From an uncultured delta proteobacterium (lineage in GTDB: Bacteria; Myxococcota_A; Polyangia; Polyangiales; B10-G4), in the NCBI GenBank assembly GCA_963727445.1, contig CAVSGI010000008.1, positions 128,001-192,000 of the forward strand: a stretch of 64,000 nt of DNA, read 5' to 3'. Position numbers and translations under genes: made by a program. Below the pieces are notes generated by a model. It made no database searches and was not told the origin of the DNA. It worked only from the letters and a program-made list of their open reading frames with translations. Below are positions 20,674-33,765 of the stretch, piece by piece (within the stretch, counting starts at the first letter, position 1; each line of letters starts with the position of its first letter).

Positions 20674-20712
20674 GGAGAACCGGGCTCTTTCGAGTCCGGT
20701 TTTCTTCGTTGT
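20674..20712 (+). terminator. Intrinsic terminator-like hairpin
   Basis: GGAGAACCGGGCTC-TTTC-GAGTCCGGTTTTCT stem-loop followed by a T-rich tail. Confidence 0.6.
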
Positions 20713-20759
20713 TGCGCTGAGTTGACAGAGCGGGGGGCGCGACTCAGAACGAGGCCTCC

Positions 20760-23564
<2,805 letters not shown>

Positions 23565-23568
23565 GCCC

Positions 23569-24189
23569 ATGGGCGACCGCTCCGACTATCTGAAGAGCCT
23601 GGTGAAGCGCGCCGCCGACCGCGCCGGCGCCCGCGTGACGAAGCTCGGTCCCGTCGCTGCCATCCGTCGCTTCGCGCGGGATGCAGCGCGGCGGCGCACG
23701 GTGATCGATGATCGAATGCTCTCCTCGGCGGTAGCCCGCCTCGACGGCGTCGACGGAGCGAGCGTGGCGACGCGCCGCGGGGTGGTCCGCATCGACGCCA
23801 CCTTCGAGAGCGGCGATCACGTCGCCCTCGGCCTGGTGCCGGCAGGCGCCACCTTCGCTCCGCGCGGCGCCAAAGAGCTCCGCTTCCGCGTCGTGCCCCC
23901 CGAAGCCGCCACCCAGCGCCACGCCTCCGACGTCGTCGGCGCCGTCGCGGGCGAAGTCGCGCGCGTCCTCTGGGCCCTCTTCCTCCGCGACGAAGACGAT
24001 CTCGGCGGCGCCATCGTCGACCGCGATCGCGATCTGTTCCGCATCGACCTCCGCACCATCCCCGCCGTGCGCAACCAGGGCCAATCCGGCCCGCTGGCCA
24101 TGATGATGGACGCCCTCGAACCAGGAACGCTCGAAGCCGTCGACGGCGCCCTCGAAGTCCAGCTCAGGTTGCCGAACCTGCCGCTCTGA
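23569..24189 (+). CDS. Hypothetical protein
   Basis: A 206-aa ORF starting 4 bp after the radical SAM gene, with normal coding-like codon pattern. Confidence 0.7.
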   Translation: MGDRSDYLKSLVKRAADRAGARVTKLGPVAAIRRFARDAARRRTVIDDRMLSSAVARLDGVDGASVATRRGVVRIDATFESGDHVALGLVPAGATFAPRGAKELRFRVVPPEAATQRHASDVVGAVAGEVARVLWALFLRDEDDLGGAIVDRDRDLFRIDLRTIPAVRNQGQSGPLAMMMDALEPGTLEAVDGALEVQLRLPNLPL

Positions 24190-24444
24190 GAGCTAACGGG
24201 GACGGTCTACACTTTTCAACTTTCCGAACCTGCCGCTCTGAGAGCTAACGGGGACGGTCTACACTTTTCAACTTTCGGCTGGGCCGCGCCCCTGCGGAAC
24301 CCGGCCGTGCGTGACGAAAGTTGAAAAGTGTAGACCGTCCCCATCAGGCCGTGCGTGACGAAAGTTGAAAAGTGTAGACCGTCCCCATCAGGCCGTCGCC
24401 ATCAGGCCGTGCGTGACGAAAGTTGAAAAGTGTAGACCGTCCCC
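24173..24444. repeat. REP/REPIN-like cluster: 27-bp core, 2 forward and 3 inverted copies
   Basis: GGGGACGGTCTACACTTTTCAACTTTC at 24198-24224 and 24250-24276; its reverse complement at 24316-24342, 24360-24386 and 24418-24444. Confidence 0.95.
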
Positions 24445-24597
24445 ATGGCCCCACGTTCTGCGACCCCGCAAGCGCGTGCGCGCAGCGAAGCGCGCTTATC
24501 GCCCACCACCGCCTCGCCAAGAGCCCGCACAACCAACCGCGCTCGCGACGCGAGCCGCGCGCGCCCACCACCCCGCATCGCCCTGACCGCCCCCCCC

Positions 24598-26142
24598 TCA
24601 CTCCGACAGCTTCCGCGTGATCGTATTGCGGCCGATCCCCAACCGCCGCGCCGCTTCCGTGCGGTTGCCGCCGCACTCTTCGACGGTGGCGACGATGTAG
24701 CGGCGCTCGACCTCCTCGAGGGTCAGGCCCTTCGGCACCACCAGCCCGCCGCCCACCGGACCGGTCGGCGAGCCGGGCGGAGCCTGCGCCACGTGATCGC
24801 CGCGGAGCACGTCGTCCTTCGACAGCACGACCGCGCTCTCCACCCAGTGCTCGAGCTCGCGCACGTTGCCCGGCCAGTCGTGGCCGCGCAAAGTCGCGAG
24901 CGCTTCGTCGCTGAAGTGCGGGCGCGGGCGGCCGTAGCGGCGCGCGTAGAGGTCCGCGAAGTGGCGCGCCAACGTCTCGATCTCGTCCGGACCTCGGTCG
25001 CGGAGCGGCGGCACGTCGATCTCCACCACCTTGATCCGATAGAAGAGATCTTCGCGAAAGCGTCCCGCCTTCACTTCGGCTTCGAGGTCGCGGTGCGTCG
25101 CACAGACGATGCGCACGTCGGCGGAGAGCGTCTCGCGCCCGCCCACGCGGTTGAACTCGCGCTCCTGCAGGAAGCGCAGGAGCTTGCCCTGCATCTCGAG
25201 GGGCAGGTCGCCGATCTCGTCGAGGAAGAGCGTGCCCCCCTCGGCGAGCTCCACCCTTCCCTTCACGCGCCTGTCGGCGCCGGTGAAAGCGCCGCGCTCG
25301 TGGCCGAAGAGCTCGCTCTCCACCAGCTGCCGCGGCAGCGTCGTGCAGTCCACCGTCACGAAGGGCCCGGCCTGCCGCGCCGAGTTCACGTGGATGGCGC
25401 GCGCCAGCAGGCTCTTCCCGGTGCCGGTCTCCCCGCGGAGCAGAACCGCCGCATCGGCGCGCGCCGCGAGGCCCACGCGCTCGTAGACGGCGTCCATCGC
25501 GTCGCTTCGCCCAACGATGCGGTTGAAGGGCCCGCGCATCACGACCCCCGGCCCCGATTCGTCATCGGCGCGGAGCGTGGTCATCGCGAGCGCACGGCCG
25601 AGCTGGATGGCGAGGGTGGCGAGATAGCGCTCGTCCTCTGCGTCGAAGGCGCCGTCCTCACGATTGAGCACCTGCACCACCCCGCGCACCGGGCCCTTGC
25701 CGTCCTCGCGGATGGGAACCGCCAGGATCGACCGCGTCACGTACCCGGTCTGCTCGTCGGCCGATCGATCGAAGCGCGGGTCGGCGCTCGCGTCCTCGAT
25801 CCGCACCGACTCGCCCTTCTGCGCCACCCAACCCGCGATGCCCTGACCGAGAGGCAGGCGCAGCGACGGCACCTCGGGGAGCACCGCCACCCGCGTCGAC
25901 AGATCGCCCTTCTCCGCGTCCACCAGCCAGATGGCCGCGCGGTCGGCGCGGAGCGCATCCGCCATGCGCTCGCACGCCGCCTCGAGCAGAGAGTCCAGAT
26001 CGACCTCGCGGCTGAGGAGGCTCGCGAGGTCCATGAGGAGGCTGAGGCGAGTCATCGGGAGCGGCCCGCGCACAGCATAGAGAGGATCGACGAGGGTGTC
26101 GCGCTCGACCCTCTCCGTCGGGATCACCGACTCAAGCCGCAC
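24598..26142 (-). CDS. GAF-domain sigma-54-dependent enhancer-binding protein with a Fis-type HTH
   Basis: GAF region ([21 protein letters not shown]), [32 protein letters not shown]-terminal HTH. An alternative start is ATG 26055. Confidence 0.95.
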   Translation of the reverse strand: MRLESVIPTERVERDTLVDPLYAVRGPLPMTRLSLLMDLASLLSREVDLDSLLEAACERMADALRADRAAIWLVDAEKGDLSTRVAVLPEVPSLRLPLGQGIAGWVAQKGESVRIEDASADPRFDRSADEQTGYVTRSILAVPIREDGKGPVRGVVQVLNREDGAFDAEDERYLATLAIQLGRALAMTTLRADDESGPGVVMRGPFNRIVGRSDAMDAVYERVGLAARADAAVLLRGETGTGKSLLARAIHVNSARQAGPFVTVDCTTLPRQLVESELFGHERGAFTGADRRVKGRVELAEGGTLFLDEIGDLPLEMQGKLLRFLQEREFNRVGGRETLSADVRIVCATHRDLEAEVKAGRFREDLFYRIKVVEIDVPPLRDRGPDEIETLARHFADLYARRYGRPRPHFSDEALATLRGHDWPGNVRELEHWVESAVVLSKDDVLRGDHVAQAPPGSPTGPVGGGLVVPKGLTLEEVERRYIVATVEECGGNRTEAARRLGIGRNTITRKLSE

Positions 26143-26992
26143 AGGGCTGCTCGGTTTCGTCCGCGCTGAGGCTCAGGGTCATCCCCTCCCGGGCGGCCAC
26201 CGTCGAGGCGAATCGCGCGCGGGTCAGGCGCTCCACTTCGGCGACGCCCTCGTCGGTGCGCTGCGGATCGTGGTGGAAGAGCACCAGCTCGCCGACGCCC
26301 GCCTCTTCGGCCAGGGTCGCCGCCGCTTCCCAGGTCGAGTGCCCCCAACCCACCTTCGAGCGGCCGACGAGGCCCGCGTACTCCTCGGGGGTGTACTGCG
26401 CATCGTAGATCAGTACGTCAGCGCCGCGGGCGAGCGCGAGGAGCGAGGGGTCGACGCAGCTGTAGTGCTCGGTGTCGGTCGCATAGACCACCGACCGGCC
26501 GCCGTACTCGATGCGGTAGGCGGTGACGCCGCCCGGGTGGTTGCCCTGCGCAGCCCGCACCACCGACCGGCCGACGTGCGTCGCCTGGCCGGGCGAGACG
26601 TGATGAAAGCCCACCTCCGCGCCGAGGTCCCCGAAGCGCACCGGAAAGTGCGGCGCCTTCATCTGATCTTCGAGCGCCTCGCGCAGCGACATCTCCGCCG
26701 TCGGTCGGCCGATCACCGCGATGCGATTGCCGGGCACGTAGGCGGGCAGGAAGAAGGGCAGCCCCTGGATGTGATCCCAGTGCAGGTGCGAGAGCAGGAG
26801 GGTCATCTCGCTCGGCCCCTCCTGCACCAGGCGCTCGCCGAGGCGCCGCATGCCGGTGCCGGCGTCGCAGATCAGCCGCGTGTCACCGGCGACGATCTCG
26901 ACGCAGCTGGTGTTGCCGCCGACGCCAGCGGTCTCCTTGCCCGGCGATGCAATGCTCCCGCGAACGCCCCAGAATCGAATCTTCATGCTCAT
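26132..26992 (-). CDS. MBL-fold metallo-hydrolase (phosphodiesterase-like)
   Basis: FWGVRGS, GGNTSC, DAGTG, SHLHWDHIQG, YATDTE, GWGHS, LFHHDP. Confidence 0.92.
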   Translation of the reverse strand: MSMKIRFWGVRGSIASPGKETAGVGGNTSCVEIVAGDTRLICDAGTGMRRLGERLVQEGPSEMTLLLSHLHWDHIQGLPFFLPAYVPGNRIAVIGRPTAEMSLREALEDQMKAPHFPVRFGDLGAEVGFHHVSPGQATHVGRSVVRAAQGNHPGGVTAYRIEYGGRSVVYATDTEHYSCVDPSLLALARGADVLIYDAQYTPEEYAGLVGRSKVGWGHSTWEAAATLAEEAGVGELVLFHHDPQRTDEGVAEVERLTRARFASTVAAREGMTLSLSADETEQPCAA

Positions 26993-27017
26993 GTCGTGTC
27001 CTCCGAGGCGGGGACTG

Positions 27018-27033
27018 AGCGAAGAGCGTGCCG
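27018..27033 (-). promoter_or_regulatory. Putative sigma-54 -24/-12 promoter
   Basis: The minus strand reads CGGCACGCTCTTCGCT (GG-N10-GC), about 25 bp upstream of the MBL start. Confidence 0.6.
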
Positions 27034-27096
27034 CCGGCGCCACCCACGATTTCATGGGAAAATCCGCGCTCGAACCTGGGAGTCGCACCCTTTTGG

Positions 27097-27113
27097 TGCA
27101 CCAAATTGGTGCA
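27097..27113. promoter_or_regulatory. NtrC-type enhancer palindrome
   Basis: TGCACCA-AAT-TGGTGCA is a perfect TGCACCA-N3-TGGTGCA box about 65 bp upstream of the -24 element. Confidence 0.7.
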
Positions 27114-27117
27114 CCGC

Positions 27118-27738
27118 TCAGGCGACGGGCGCCCTCAAATAGCCCTGAGCCTCGAGCCAGTCGACCACCGCCTGGGCGCATTCGTCCACCGACGCGAGGT
27201 GGGTGTCGACCCGCAGCTCGGGCGCTTCGGGCGCCTCGTAGGGCGCGCTGATGCCGGTGAAGTCGGCGATCTCTCCGGCACGCGCACGCACGTAGAGACC
27301 TTTGGGGTCGCGCGCTTCGCAGACCTCGAGGGGCGCGGTGACGTGGACCTCGACGAAGTCTCCGCCCGCGAGCAGCCCCCGCACGCGCGCGCGATCCGCG
27401 CGGTAGGGCGAGATGAAGGCGGCGAGGGTGAGGATGCCCGCGTCGGTGAAGAGCTTGGCCACCTCGCCGATGCGGCGAATGTTCTCTTTGCGCTCCTCGG
27501 GGCCGAAGCCCAGATCGGCGTTGAGCCCGTGACGAACGTTGTCTCCGTCGAGGACGTAGACAGCGCGGCCCTTCTGGACCAGGAGCTCTTCGACACGCCG
27601 GGCGACCGTGCTCTTGCCCGCACCGCTCAGACCGGTGAACCAGAGCGTCGCTCCGCGCTGGCGAAGGATGGCCTCGCGGTCCTTCCGCCCGACGTGGCCG
27701 CCGTGCCAGGTGACGTTGGTCGCTTTGTTCTCCGCCAT
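27118..27738 (-). CDS. cysC: Adenylyl-sulfate kinase
   Basis: [48 protein letters not shown]. Confidence 0.96.
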   Translation of the reverse strand: MAENKATNVTWHGGHVGRKDREAILRQRGATLWFTGLSGAGKSTVARRVEELLVQKGRAVYVLDGDNVRHGLNADLGFGPEERKENIRRIGEVAKLFTDAGILTLAAFISPYRADRARVRGLLAGGDFVEVHVTAPLEVCEARDPKGLYVRARAGEIADFTGISAPYEAPEAPELRVDTHLASVDECAQAVVDWLEAQGYLRAPVA

Positions 27739-27822
27739 CGCGCGAGAAGATACGCGGTGGGTCGCCAGGCGCAACCACCGCGCGCGTTGACGGGCGAGAG
27801 CCCCGGCACCAGGATCGGTCGC

Positions 27823-28410
27823 ATGACGTGGCAAGACGCGTGGCGCGAAGGAAGAACCGGCTGGGACGCCGGCCAATCGCCGCCCATCCTCGAGCGTCTG
27901 GTCCGCGAGGACACCCTCCCTTCGGGCCTGGCCGTGGTCCCGGGCTGCGGGAGCGGCTACGACGTCTTCACCCTCGCCTCGGAGCAGCGCCCCGTGATCG
28001 GCATCGACATCGCGCCAGTCGCCGCGAAGCGCTTCGAGGCGCTCCGCGAGGAGCGGGGCATCCCAGCCGAGCAGGCGCGCATCCACGTGGGCGACTTCTT
28101 CGCCTTCGATCCGGGGGAGCCGGCGAAGCTCTTCTGGGACTACACCTTCTTCTGCGCCATCGCGCCCGAGCGCCGCACCGACTGGGGCGCCAAAGTCGAC
28201 TCTCTCCTCGCCGGCGACGGCGAGCTCCTGACGCTGATCTTTCCGACGGCCAACATCGGCAACCCGGACGGCCCCCCCTATACCGTCGCGCTCTCCCTCT
28301 ACCAGAACGCCCTCGGCCCGGGCTGGGAGCCGACCGTGGTCGAGCCCGTCGAAAGCACCCACCCCGGACGCGAGGGGCTCGAGACCCTCGCGCGCTGGAA
28401 GCGCATCTGA
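27823..28410 (+). CDS. TPMT / thiol-halide S-methyltransferase family protein
   Basis: [32 protein letters not shown]. Confidence 0.88.
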   Translation: MTWQDAWREGRTGWDAGQSPPILERLVREDTLPSGLAVVPGCGSGYDVFTLASEQRPVIGIDIAPVAAKRFEALREERGIPAEQARIHVGDFFAFDPGEPAKLFWDYTFFCAIAPERRTDWGAKVDSLLAGDGELLTLIFPTANIGNPDGPPYTVALSLYQNALGPGWEPTVVEPVESTHPGREGLETLARWKRI

Positions 28411-28424
28411 GTGTCGGCGCTCCG

Positions 28425-29388
28425 TCACTCGCGCGACGTGATCTGCTCGGCGATCCCGCGGATGGTGAGCGGGCTCGAATCCCTCGGCCTTGTTGTTCGC
28501 GATCACGTAGGTCTCGATGCCGCGCTCCCCCGCTTCGCGAATCAGCCGCGTGACATCGTCACGCATGTCCTGTCGAACCTCGTGGATCCGATCGAAGGGC
28601 GCATAGGCCTCCTTCATCTCCTCGTACTTGCGCCCCGGCGGGATCATCAGACGGGCGACCGCGAAGGGACCGACGAGCGCACCCTCGCGGTCGAGCTGCT
28701 CGCCAATCGTGGGCATGCGCGACCAGAAGTTGAAGAGATGGGTCGCGCCGCGCCGCGCGAGGATCTCGAGGTAGCTCGGCGACAGGAGCCGGCGATCCCG
28801 GAGCTCCACGGCGATTCGGAAGTCCGGCCCGACGTCTGCGAGGAACGCGTCGAGGGCGCGCTCGAAGGCCTGCCGATCGAAGGGCCCGGCGTCGGGCGGG
28901 ATCTCCAGGATGAAAGGCCCGAGGTGCTCGCCGAGCCCGGCCACGGCGGAGGCCGCCTGCGCCTCGAGAAAGAGCGTCGCGTCGAGAAAGTCGGGGTTGG
29001 GCTTGCCAGCCCGCTCCCCGTAGCGCTCGAGCTTCGGAAAGTAGCGGGTGGCGACGCGCGACCATACCTTCGACAGCAGCACGAAACCTTCCGGTAGCTG
29101 CTCCGCGTACGCCCGCAGCTCCTCCTCCGACACCGGCGCGTAGTAGCTGCGATCGACGCCGGCACAGCCGAAGAGCGGATACTTGGCGTACTCGCGGAGA
29201 GATTCGCGGGTGAAGGCCTTCTGGCTCGGATAAGCGCGGCGATAGACGAGCCCCTTCCAGCCTTCGAAGGTCCAGCTGCTGGTCCCGAAGCGCACGTGCG
29301 ACGGCAGCGCGTCGGCGAGGCGCGCGAGCGCGGGATCCGGGGGCGGGCCGCCCTCGTCGCCCTTGAAGAGGCCGAGTTGATCGCTCAT
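28425..29388 (-). CDS. DUF72-domain protein; +1 frameshift near 28479
   Basis: [23 protein letters not shown]. Reading GAATC at 28477-28481 as GATC gives NNKAEGSSPLTI...SRE*. Confidence 0.88.
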
Positions 29389-30449
29389 CTCAAGAAGCGC
29401 TCCACGGCCGCGTCGTGCTCGGCGAGAGTGCGGCTGAAGTGATGGCGCCGGTGGCCGCTCGCCACGAAGAAGAAGAACTCGTGCTCCTCGGCTTCGAGCA
29501 CGCTCCGCACCGCGTCCGCGCCAGGGTTGGCGATCGGACCGGGCGGCAGGCCCTCGATGAGATACGTGTTGTAGGGATTTTCCGGGTCGCGAACCATGGC
29601 CGCGCTCGGCGCGCCGCCCTCGTACGCGCGACAGGGCTCGCTCATGTCGGGATCGACCAGGCAGCCGTAGCTCACCGTCGGATCGGCCTGCAGGCGATGC
29701 GGGCGGAAGGCGTCGGAGCGGATGCGATTGATGAACACGCCGGCGATGCGCGGTCGTTCGTCCGCGACCGCCGCCTCCTTTTCGACGATGGAGGCGAGGG
29801 TGAGCACCTCGCGCTCGCCCCAGCCGAGCTCGCGCTCGAGCGCCGCGGCGCGGTCGTGGCTCGCCGCGAAGAGGGGATCGACCCGGCGATGAAAGGTCCC
29901 CACCATGCGCTCCACGACCTCGGCTGCCTCGGTATCGGTGCGGAAGCGGTAGGTGTCGGGAAAGAGGTACCCCTCGGCGCTCGGCCCTTCGATGCCCAGC
30001 GAGTCGAGGAGCGCGCGGTCCTCGGTGGCCGCGATGAAGTCCTCGGCTGAGCAGATGCCGTAGTGGGCGAGTCGCTCGGCGATGGCGTAGCGGTTCACGC
30101 CCTCGGGGAAGGTGACGCGACTCTTGCCACGGCCGAAGCCTACCGCCACTGCCGCGGCGAGCTGCTCCGGCGTCATCGAATCGTCGAGCTGTACCCGACC
30201 GGTACGCATCCGCTCCCCAGCACCGTGAAGCCTCAAAAAGAGCGTGAAGACGCGCGGGCTACGGACCAGCTGCTCCTCCTCCAAGAACGCGTAGAGAGCG
30301 CCCGCGTCCTCGAAGTCCGAGAGCGTCACCTCGACGTGGTGTCCAGCGCCGGGTCCGGCGGTGGTGGGGTAGACGAGCAGAAGCCAGCCGACGAAGACGT
30401 CGGCGGCGACCACCAGCGCGAGGGTCAGGATGGTGATGGTGCGGATCAC
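29385..30449 (-). CDS. mltG: Endolytic transglycosylase MltG
   Basis: [44 protein letters not shown]. Confidence 0.95.
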   Translation of the reverse strand: MIRTITILTLALVVAADVFVGWLLLVYPTTAGPGAGHHVEVTLSDFEDAGALYAFLEEEQLVRSPRVFTLFLRLHGAGERMRTGRVQLDDSMTPEQLAAAVAVGFGRGKSRVTFPEGVNRYAIAERLAHYGICSAEDFIAATEDRALLDSLGIEGPSAEGYLFPDTYRFRTDTEAAEVVERMVGTFHRRVDPLFAASHDRAAALERELGWGEREVLTLASIVEKEAAVADERPRIAGVFINRIRSDAFRPHRLQADPTVSYGCLVDPDMSEPCRAYEGGAPSAAMVRDPENPYNTYLIEGLPPGPIANPGADAVRSVLEAEEHEFFFFVASGHRRHHFSRTLAEHDAAVERFLR

Positions 30450-30868
30450 GACGCGTCCTTCTGTCGCCCGTCGAGGTAGCCCTGCAAGAGCACCGCCGCC
30501 GCCGCCTGATCGACGACCTCTCGCCTCTTCTTGCCGCGCACCCCCGCCTCGCCGAGCGCCCGATGGGCGATGACGGTGGTGAAACGCTCGTCGACGTACT
30601 CCACTTCCATCTTGGCTTCGGCCGCGATGGCGTCGCCCAGAGCGCGCGCCCGCTTGGCCTCCGGCCCCTCGGTGCCGTCAGAGCGTAGCGGCAGGCCCAC
30701 GATGAGCCGCTCGGCCTCGGCCTCGCGCAGCGCCGCCGCCACATCCGCCACCGCCTGCGCGCGGCTCGTGCGCTTCACCGTCGACAGGGGCGACGCCAGC
30801 GACTCGCCCTCGTCCGAGATCGCGAGTCCGATGCGGCGAGTGCCGGGATCGATGGCGGCGATGCGCAC
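30446..30868 (-). CDS. ruvX: Holliday junction resolvase-like / pre-16S rRNA nuclease RuvX (YqgF)
   Basis: IDPGTRRIGLAISD, VGLP, DERFTT, VDQAAAAVLLQGYLD. Confidence 0.95.
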   Translation of the reverse strand: MRIAAIDPGTRRIGLAISDEGESLASPLSTVKRTSRAQAVADVAAALREAEAERLIVGLPLRSDGTEGPEAKRARALGDAIAAEAKMEVEYVDERFTTVIAHRALGEAGVRGKKRREVVDQAAAAVLLQGYLDGRQKDAS

Positions 30869-30892
30869 GGCCGGATGTTTACCACGCCGCGG

Positions 30893-32722
30893 CTACTTGT
30901 ACCCCTCGGCTTGGAGCGAGAAGAGGCGCGCGTAGCGGCCGTCCCGGGCGATGAGCTCTTCGTGAGAGCCCATCTCCTCGACGCGCCCCTCCTCGAGGAC
31001 GGCGATCCGGTCCGCCATCCGCACCGTGGAGAAGCGGTGCGAGATGAGGATCGCCATCCGCTCCTTGGTGAGGTCCTTGAAGCGTTGGAAGATCGTCGCC
31101 TCGGCTTCGGCGTCCATCGCCGAGGTCGGCTCGTCGAGCACCAGGATGTCCGCTTGCTCGCGCATGAATGCGCGCGCGAGGGCGATCTTCTGCCACTGGC
31201 CGCCGCTGAGCTCGACGCCACCTTTGAACCAGCGTCCGAGCTGTGTGTCGTAGGACTCGGGGAGCCGCTCGATCACCGCGTCCGCCATCCCCTTCTCCGC
31301 GGCCTCGTGCCAGCGCTCGCGATCGTCGAAGTCCTCGACGTCACCCGCGCCGATGTTCTCGCCGACGAGCAGCTGATAGCGGACGAAGTCCTGGAAGATG
31401 ACCCCGATGCGCCGCCGGAGCGCGTGGGGATCCCACTGCCGAAGGTCGAGCCCATCGAGGAGAATTCGCCCGGAGCTCGGCGTGTAGAGGCGGCTGATCA
31501 GCTTGATGAGCGTCGTCTTGCCAGCCCCGTTCTCGCCTACGAGCGCGATCTTTTCGCCGGGCGGCAGGTGCAGCGTGATGCCGTCGATGGCCGGACGGTC
31601 GGCTCCCGGATACACGAATGAAACGTTCTCGAGACGAAGCCCATCGGCCGGGTCCGGCCCCTCGGTGGCGCTGCCGCCCTCGGCCGTGCCCTCGTGCTCG
31701 AGGAACTCGTAGAGGTTCGACAGGTAGAGGTTGTCTTCGTACATCCCGCCGATGGAGCTCAGGATCGACGCGAGCGCCGACTGGCCCTGCTTGAAGAGCA
31801 GGAAGTACATCGTCATGTCGCCGAGGGTGATGGCCCGCGCGATGGCGGAGAGCGCGATCCAACCGTAGGCGGCGTAGAGGGTGACGGTGCTGACGAGCCC
31901 CAGCAGAAATCCCCAGATGCCGCGCCGGAGCGTCAGCGCGCGGTCCTCGGCGAAGACGTCCTCGAAGATCGCGTGGTAACGCGCGAGGAGCAGCGGGCCG
32001 AGCTCGAAGAGCTTCACCTCCTTGGCGTGGTCCTCACGGGCGAGCACCGTCTCCAGGTACATCTGCTTGCGCGCCTCGGGAGCCCGCCAGCGGAAGAGTC
32101 GAAACGCGTCGTTGCTGAAGCGGGTCTCGACGATGAAGGCGGGAACGGCGGCGAGGGCGAGGATGAGCAGGGCGAGCGGCGAGAACGCGAAGATGAGGCC
32201 GCCGTACGCAGCGAGGGAGATGCCGTTCTGCAAGAGGCCGAAGGCGCGCCGCACCAGTGAGAGGGGCCGGCTCGACGCTTCGCGCCGGGCGCGCGTCATG
32301 CGGTCGTAGAACTCCGAGTCCTCGAAGTCCGCGAGCGAGAGCGTGAGCGCCTTGTCGAGGATGAGCTCGTTCACCTTCTGGCCGAGGAGCGCGCGGAGCA
32401 GGCTCTGGCTCACCTCGAGGCCGCGCTGGCAGAGCGCGAGCCCCGCGACCAGGGCGAGCTCGGCGGCGACGTAGAGCAGCACGCGCTTCTGGTCGGTCGC
32501 GGCGGTGGTGGAGATGGCGCGGACCACACCGTCCACGATCAGCTTGCCCACGAAGGCCACCCCCGCAGGCAACAGGCCCGCGAGGAGGCTCAAGATCCCG
32601 AGCCAGATCGACAGGGGACGACTGGTTTCCCAGACGAGGGCGAAGGCTCGCCCGGTGTAACGAAAGACACCGAGAAACCTGCGGGCTCCCGAGATTTCCG
32701 CGGTGGGGGTGACGCTGGCCAT
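30893..32722 (-). CDS. ABC transporter, fused permease/ATP-binding protein
   Basis: TM region, GENGAGKT, LSGGQWQK, LDEPT, ISHR; start ATG 32722. Confidence 0.93.
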   Translation of the reverse strand: MASVTPTAEISGARRFLGVFRYTGRAFALVWETSRPLSIWLGILSLLAGLLPAGVAFVGKLIVDGVVRAISTTAATDQKRVLLYVAAELALVAGLALCQRGLEVSQSLLRALLGQKVNELILDKALTLSLADFEDSEFYDRMTRARREASSRPLSLVRRAFGLLQNGISLAAYGGLIFAFSPLALLILALAAVPAFIVETRFSNDAFRLFRWRAPEARKQMYLETVLAREDHAKEVKLFELGPLLLARYHAIFEDVFAEDRALTLRRGIWGFLLGLVSTVTLYAAYGWIALSAIARAITLGDMTMYFLLFKQGQSALASILSSIGGMYEDNLYLSNLYEFLEHEGTAEGGSATEGPDPADGLRLENVSFVYPGADRPAIDGITLHLPPGEKIALVGENGAGKTTLIKLISRLYTPSSGRILLDGLDLRQWDPHALRRRIGVIFQDFVRYQLLVGENIGAGDVEDFDDRERWHEAAEKGMADAVIERLPESYDTQLGRWFKGGVELSGGQWQKIALARAFMREQADILVLDEPTSAMDAEAEATIFQRFKDLTKERMAILISHRFSTVRMADRIAVLEEGRVEEMGSHEELIARDGRYARLFSLQAEGYK

Positions 32723-32782
32723 GGCCCGACTGTAGAGCGGGTGAGTGCCGACCGGGATTGCGATTCGTGTTATCTCAGCCGG

Positions 32783-33751
32783 GTGAGGTACCTGGCTGGC
32801 GATGTCGGCGGGACGAAGACGCTCCTCGCCCTCTACGAAGGACAGAGAGGCGCGCTCGAAGAGCTGCGGAGCGAGCGCGTCCCCTCCAAGGACTACGGCT
32901 CCCTCGAGGAGCTGGCCCGCGCCTTCTTGGGCGACACCGACGCGGACGTCGACCGGGCCGCCTTCGCCGTGGCGGGCCCCGTCGCCGACGGACGCTGTAC
33001 CGCCACCAACCTCCCCTGGCAGATCGACGAGCGGCACCTCGAGGAGCAGCTCCAGATCGATTCGGTCACGCTCCTCAACGACTTCGCGGCGATCGCCCAC
33101 GCCGTGCCCCATCTGGGCGCGAACCAGGAGGTGGTCCTTCAGGAGGCGGAGGTCGATCCGAAGGGTCCGATCGCGATCATCGGCGCGGGCACCGGCCTCG
33201 GAGAGGCGATCGCTGTGCCGACCTCGGACGCGCTGATCGTCATCCCCACCGAGGGCGGTCACACCGACTTCGCGCCGCGCGACGACCTCGAGATCAATCT
33301 GTTGCGCTTCCTCCTGGAACGTCACGACCGCGTCTCGGTGGAGCGCGTCGTTTCCGGGATGGGCTTGCCGGCGATCTACGAGTTCGTGGTGAGCCGGCGC
33401 GTGACGTCAGAGAGCCCGGCGGTGCGCGAGCGCATCGAAGCAGAGGATCCCGGCGCGGTGATCGGCGAGCTCGCCCTCGCCGGCAGCGATCCCGCCTGCG
33501 TGCGCACCATGGAGATCTTCCTCTCCCTCTACGGCGCCGAGGCCGGCAACCTGGCGCTCAAAGTGCTGCCGAGCGGCGGGCTCTTCGTCGCGGGCGGTAT
33601 CGCCGCGAAGATCCTGCCGCTGATGAAGAACGGCCGCTTCATGCACGCCTTCACGCACAAAGGGCGCATGTCTCCGCTCCTGAAGAAGCTCCGCGTCTCG
33701 GTGATCACCGAGCCCGAGGTCGGCCTCATGGGCGCCCGCGCCTGCCTGTAG
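32783..33751 (+). CDS. glk: Glucokinase
   Basis: LAGDVGGTKT, AVAGPV, TNLPW, LNDF, GAGTGLG, EGGH, GGIAAK. Confidence 0.95.
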   Translation: MRYLAGDVGGTKTLLALYEGQRGALEELRSERVPSKDYGSLEELARAFLGDTDADVDRAAFAVAGPVADGRCTATNLPWQIDERHLEEQLQIDSVTLLNDFAAIAHAVPHLGANQEVVLQEAEVDPKGPIAIIGAGTGLGEAIAVPTSDALIVIPTEGGHTDFAPRDDLEINLLRFLLERHDRVSVERVVSGMGLPAIYEFVVSRRVTSESPAVRERIEAEDPGAVIGELALAGSDPACVRTMEIFLSLYGAEAGNLALKVLPSGGLFVAGGIAAKILPLMKNGRFMHAFTHKGRMSPLLKKLRVSVITEPEVGLMGARACL

Positions 33752-33765
33752 CCCGGCCGGGAAAT

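Noticed and set aside
20722..20750. Sigma-70 promoter for the radical SAM gene (TTGACA...CAGAAC)
   Set aside because: The -35 is perfect but the -10 is weak, so it cannot be supported without TSS data
24173..24444. CRISPR array (27-bp repeats with short intervening sequences)
   Set aside because: Copies occur in both orientations, the intervening sequences are themselves duplicated, the spacing is irregular, and no cas genes are present
27118..29388. 756-aa DUF72-CysC fusion shown in the ORF track
   Set aside because: It results from the +1 frameshift at about 28479, which reads through the antisense of the methyltransferase gene. These are two separate genes.
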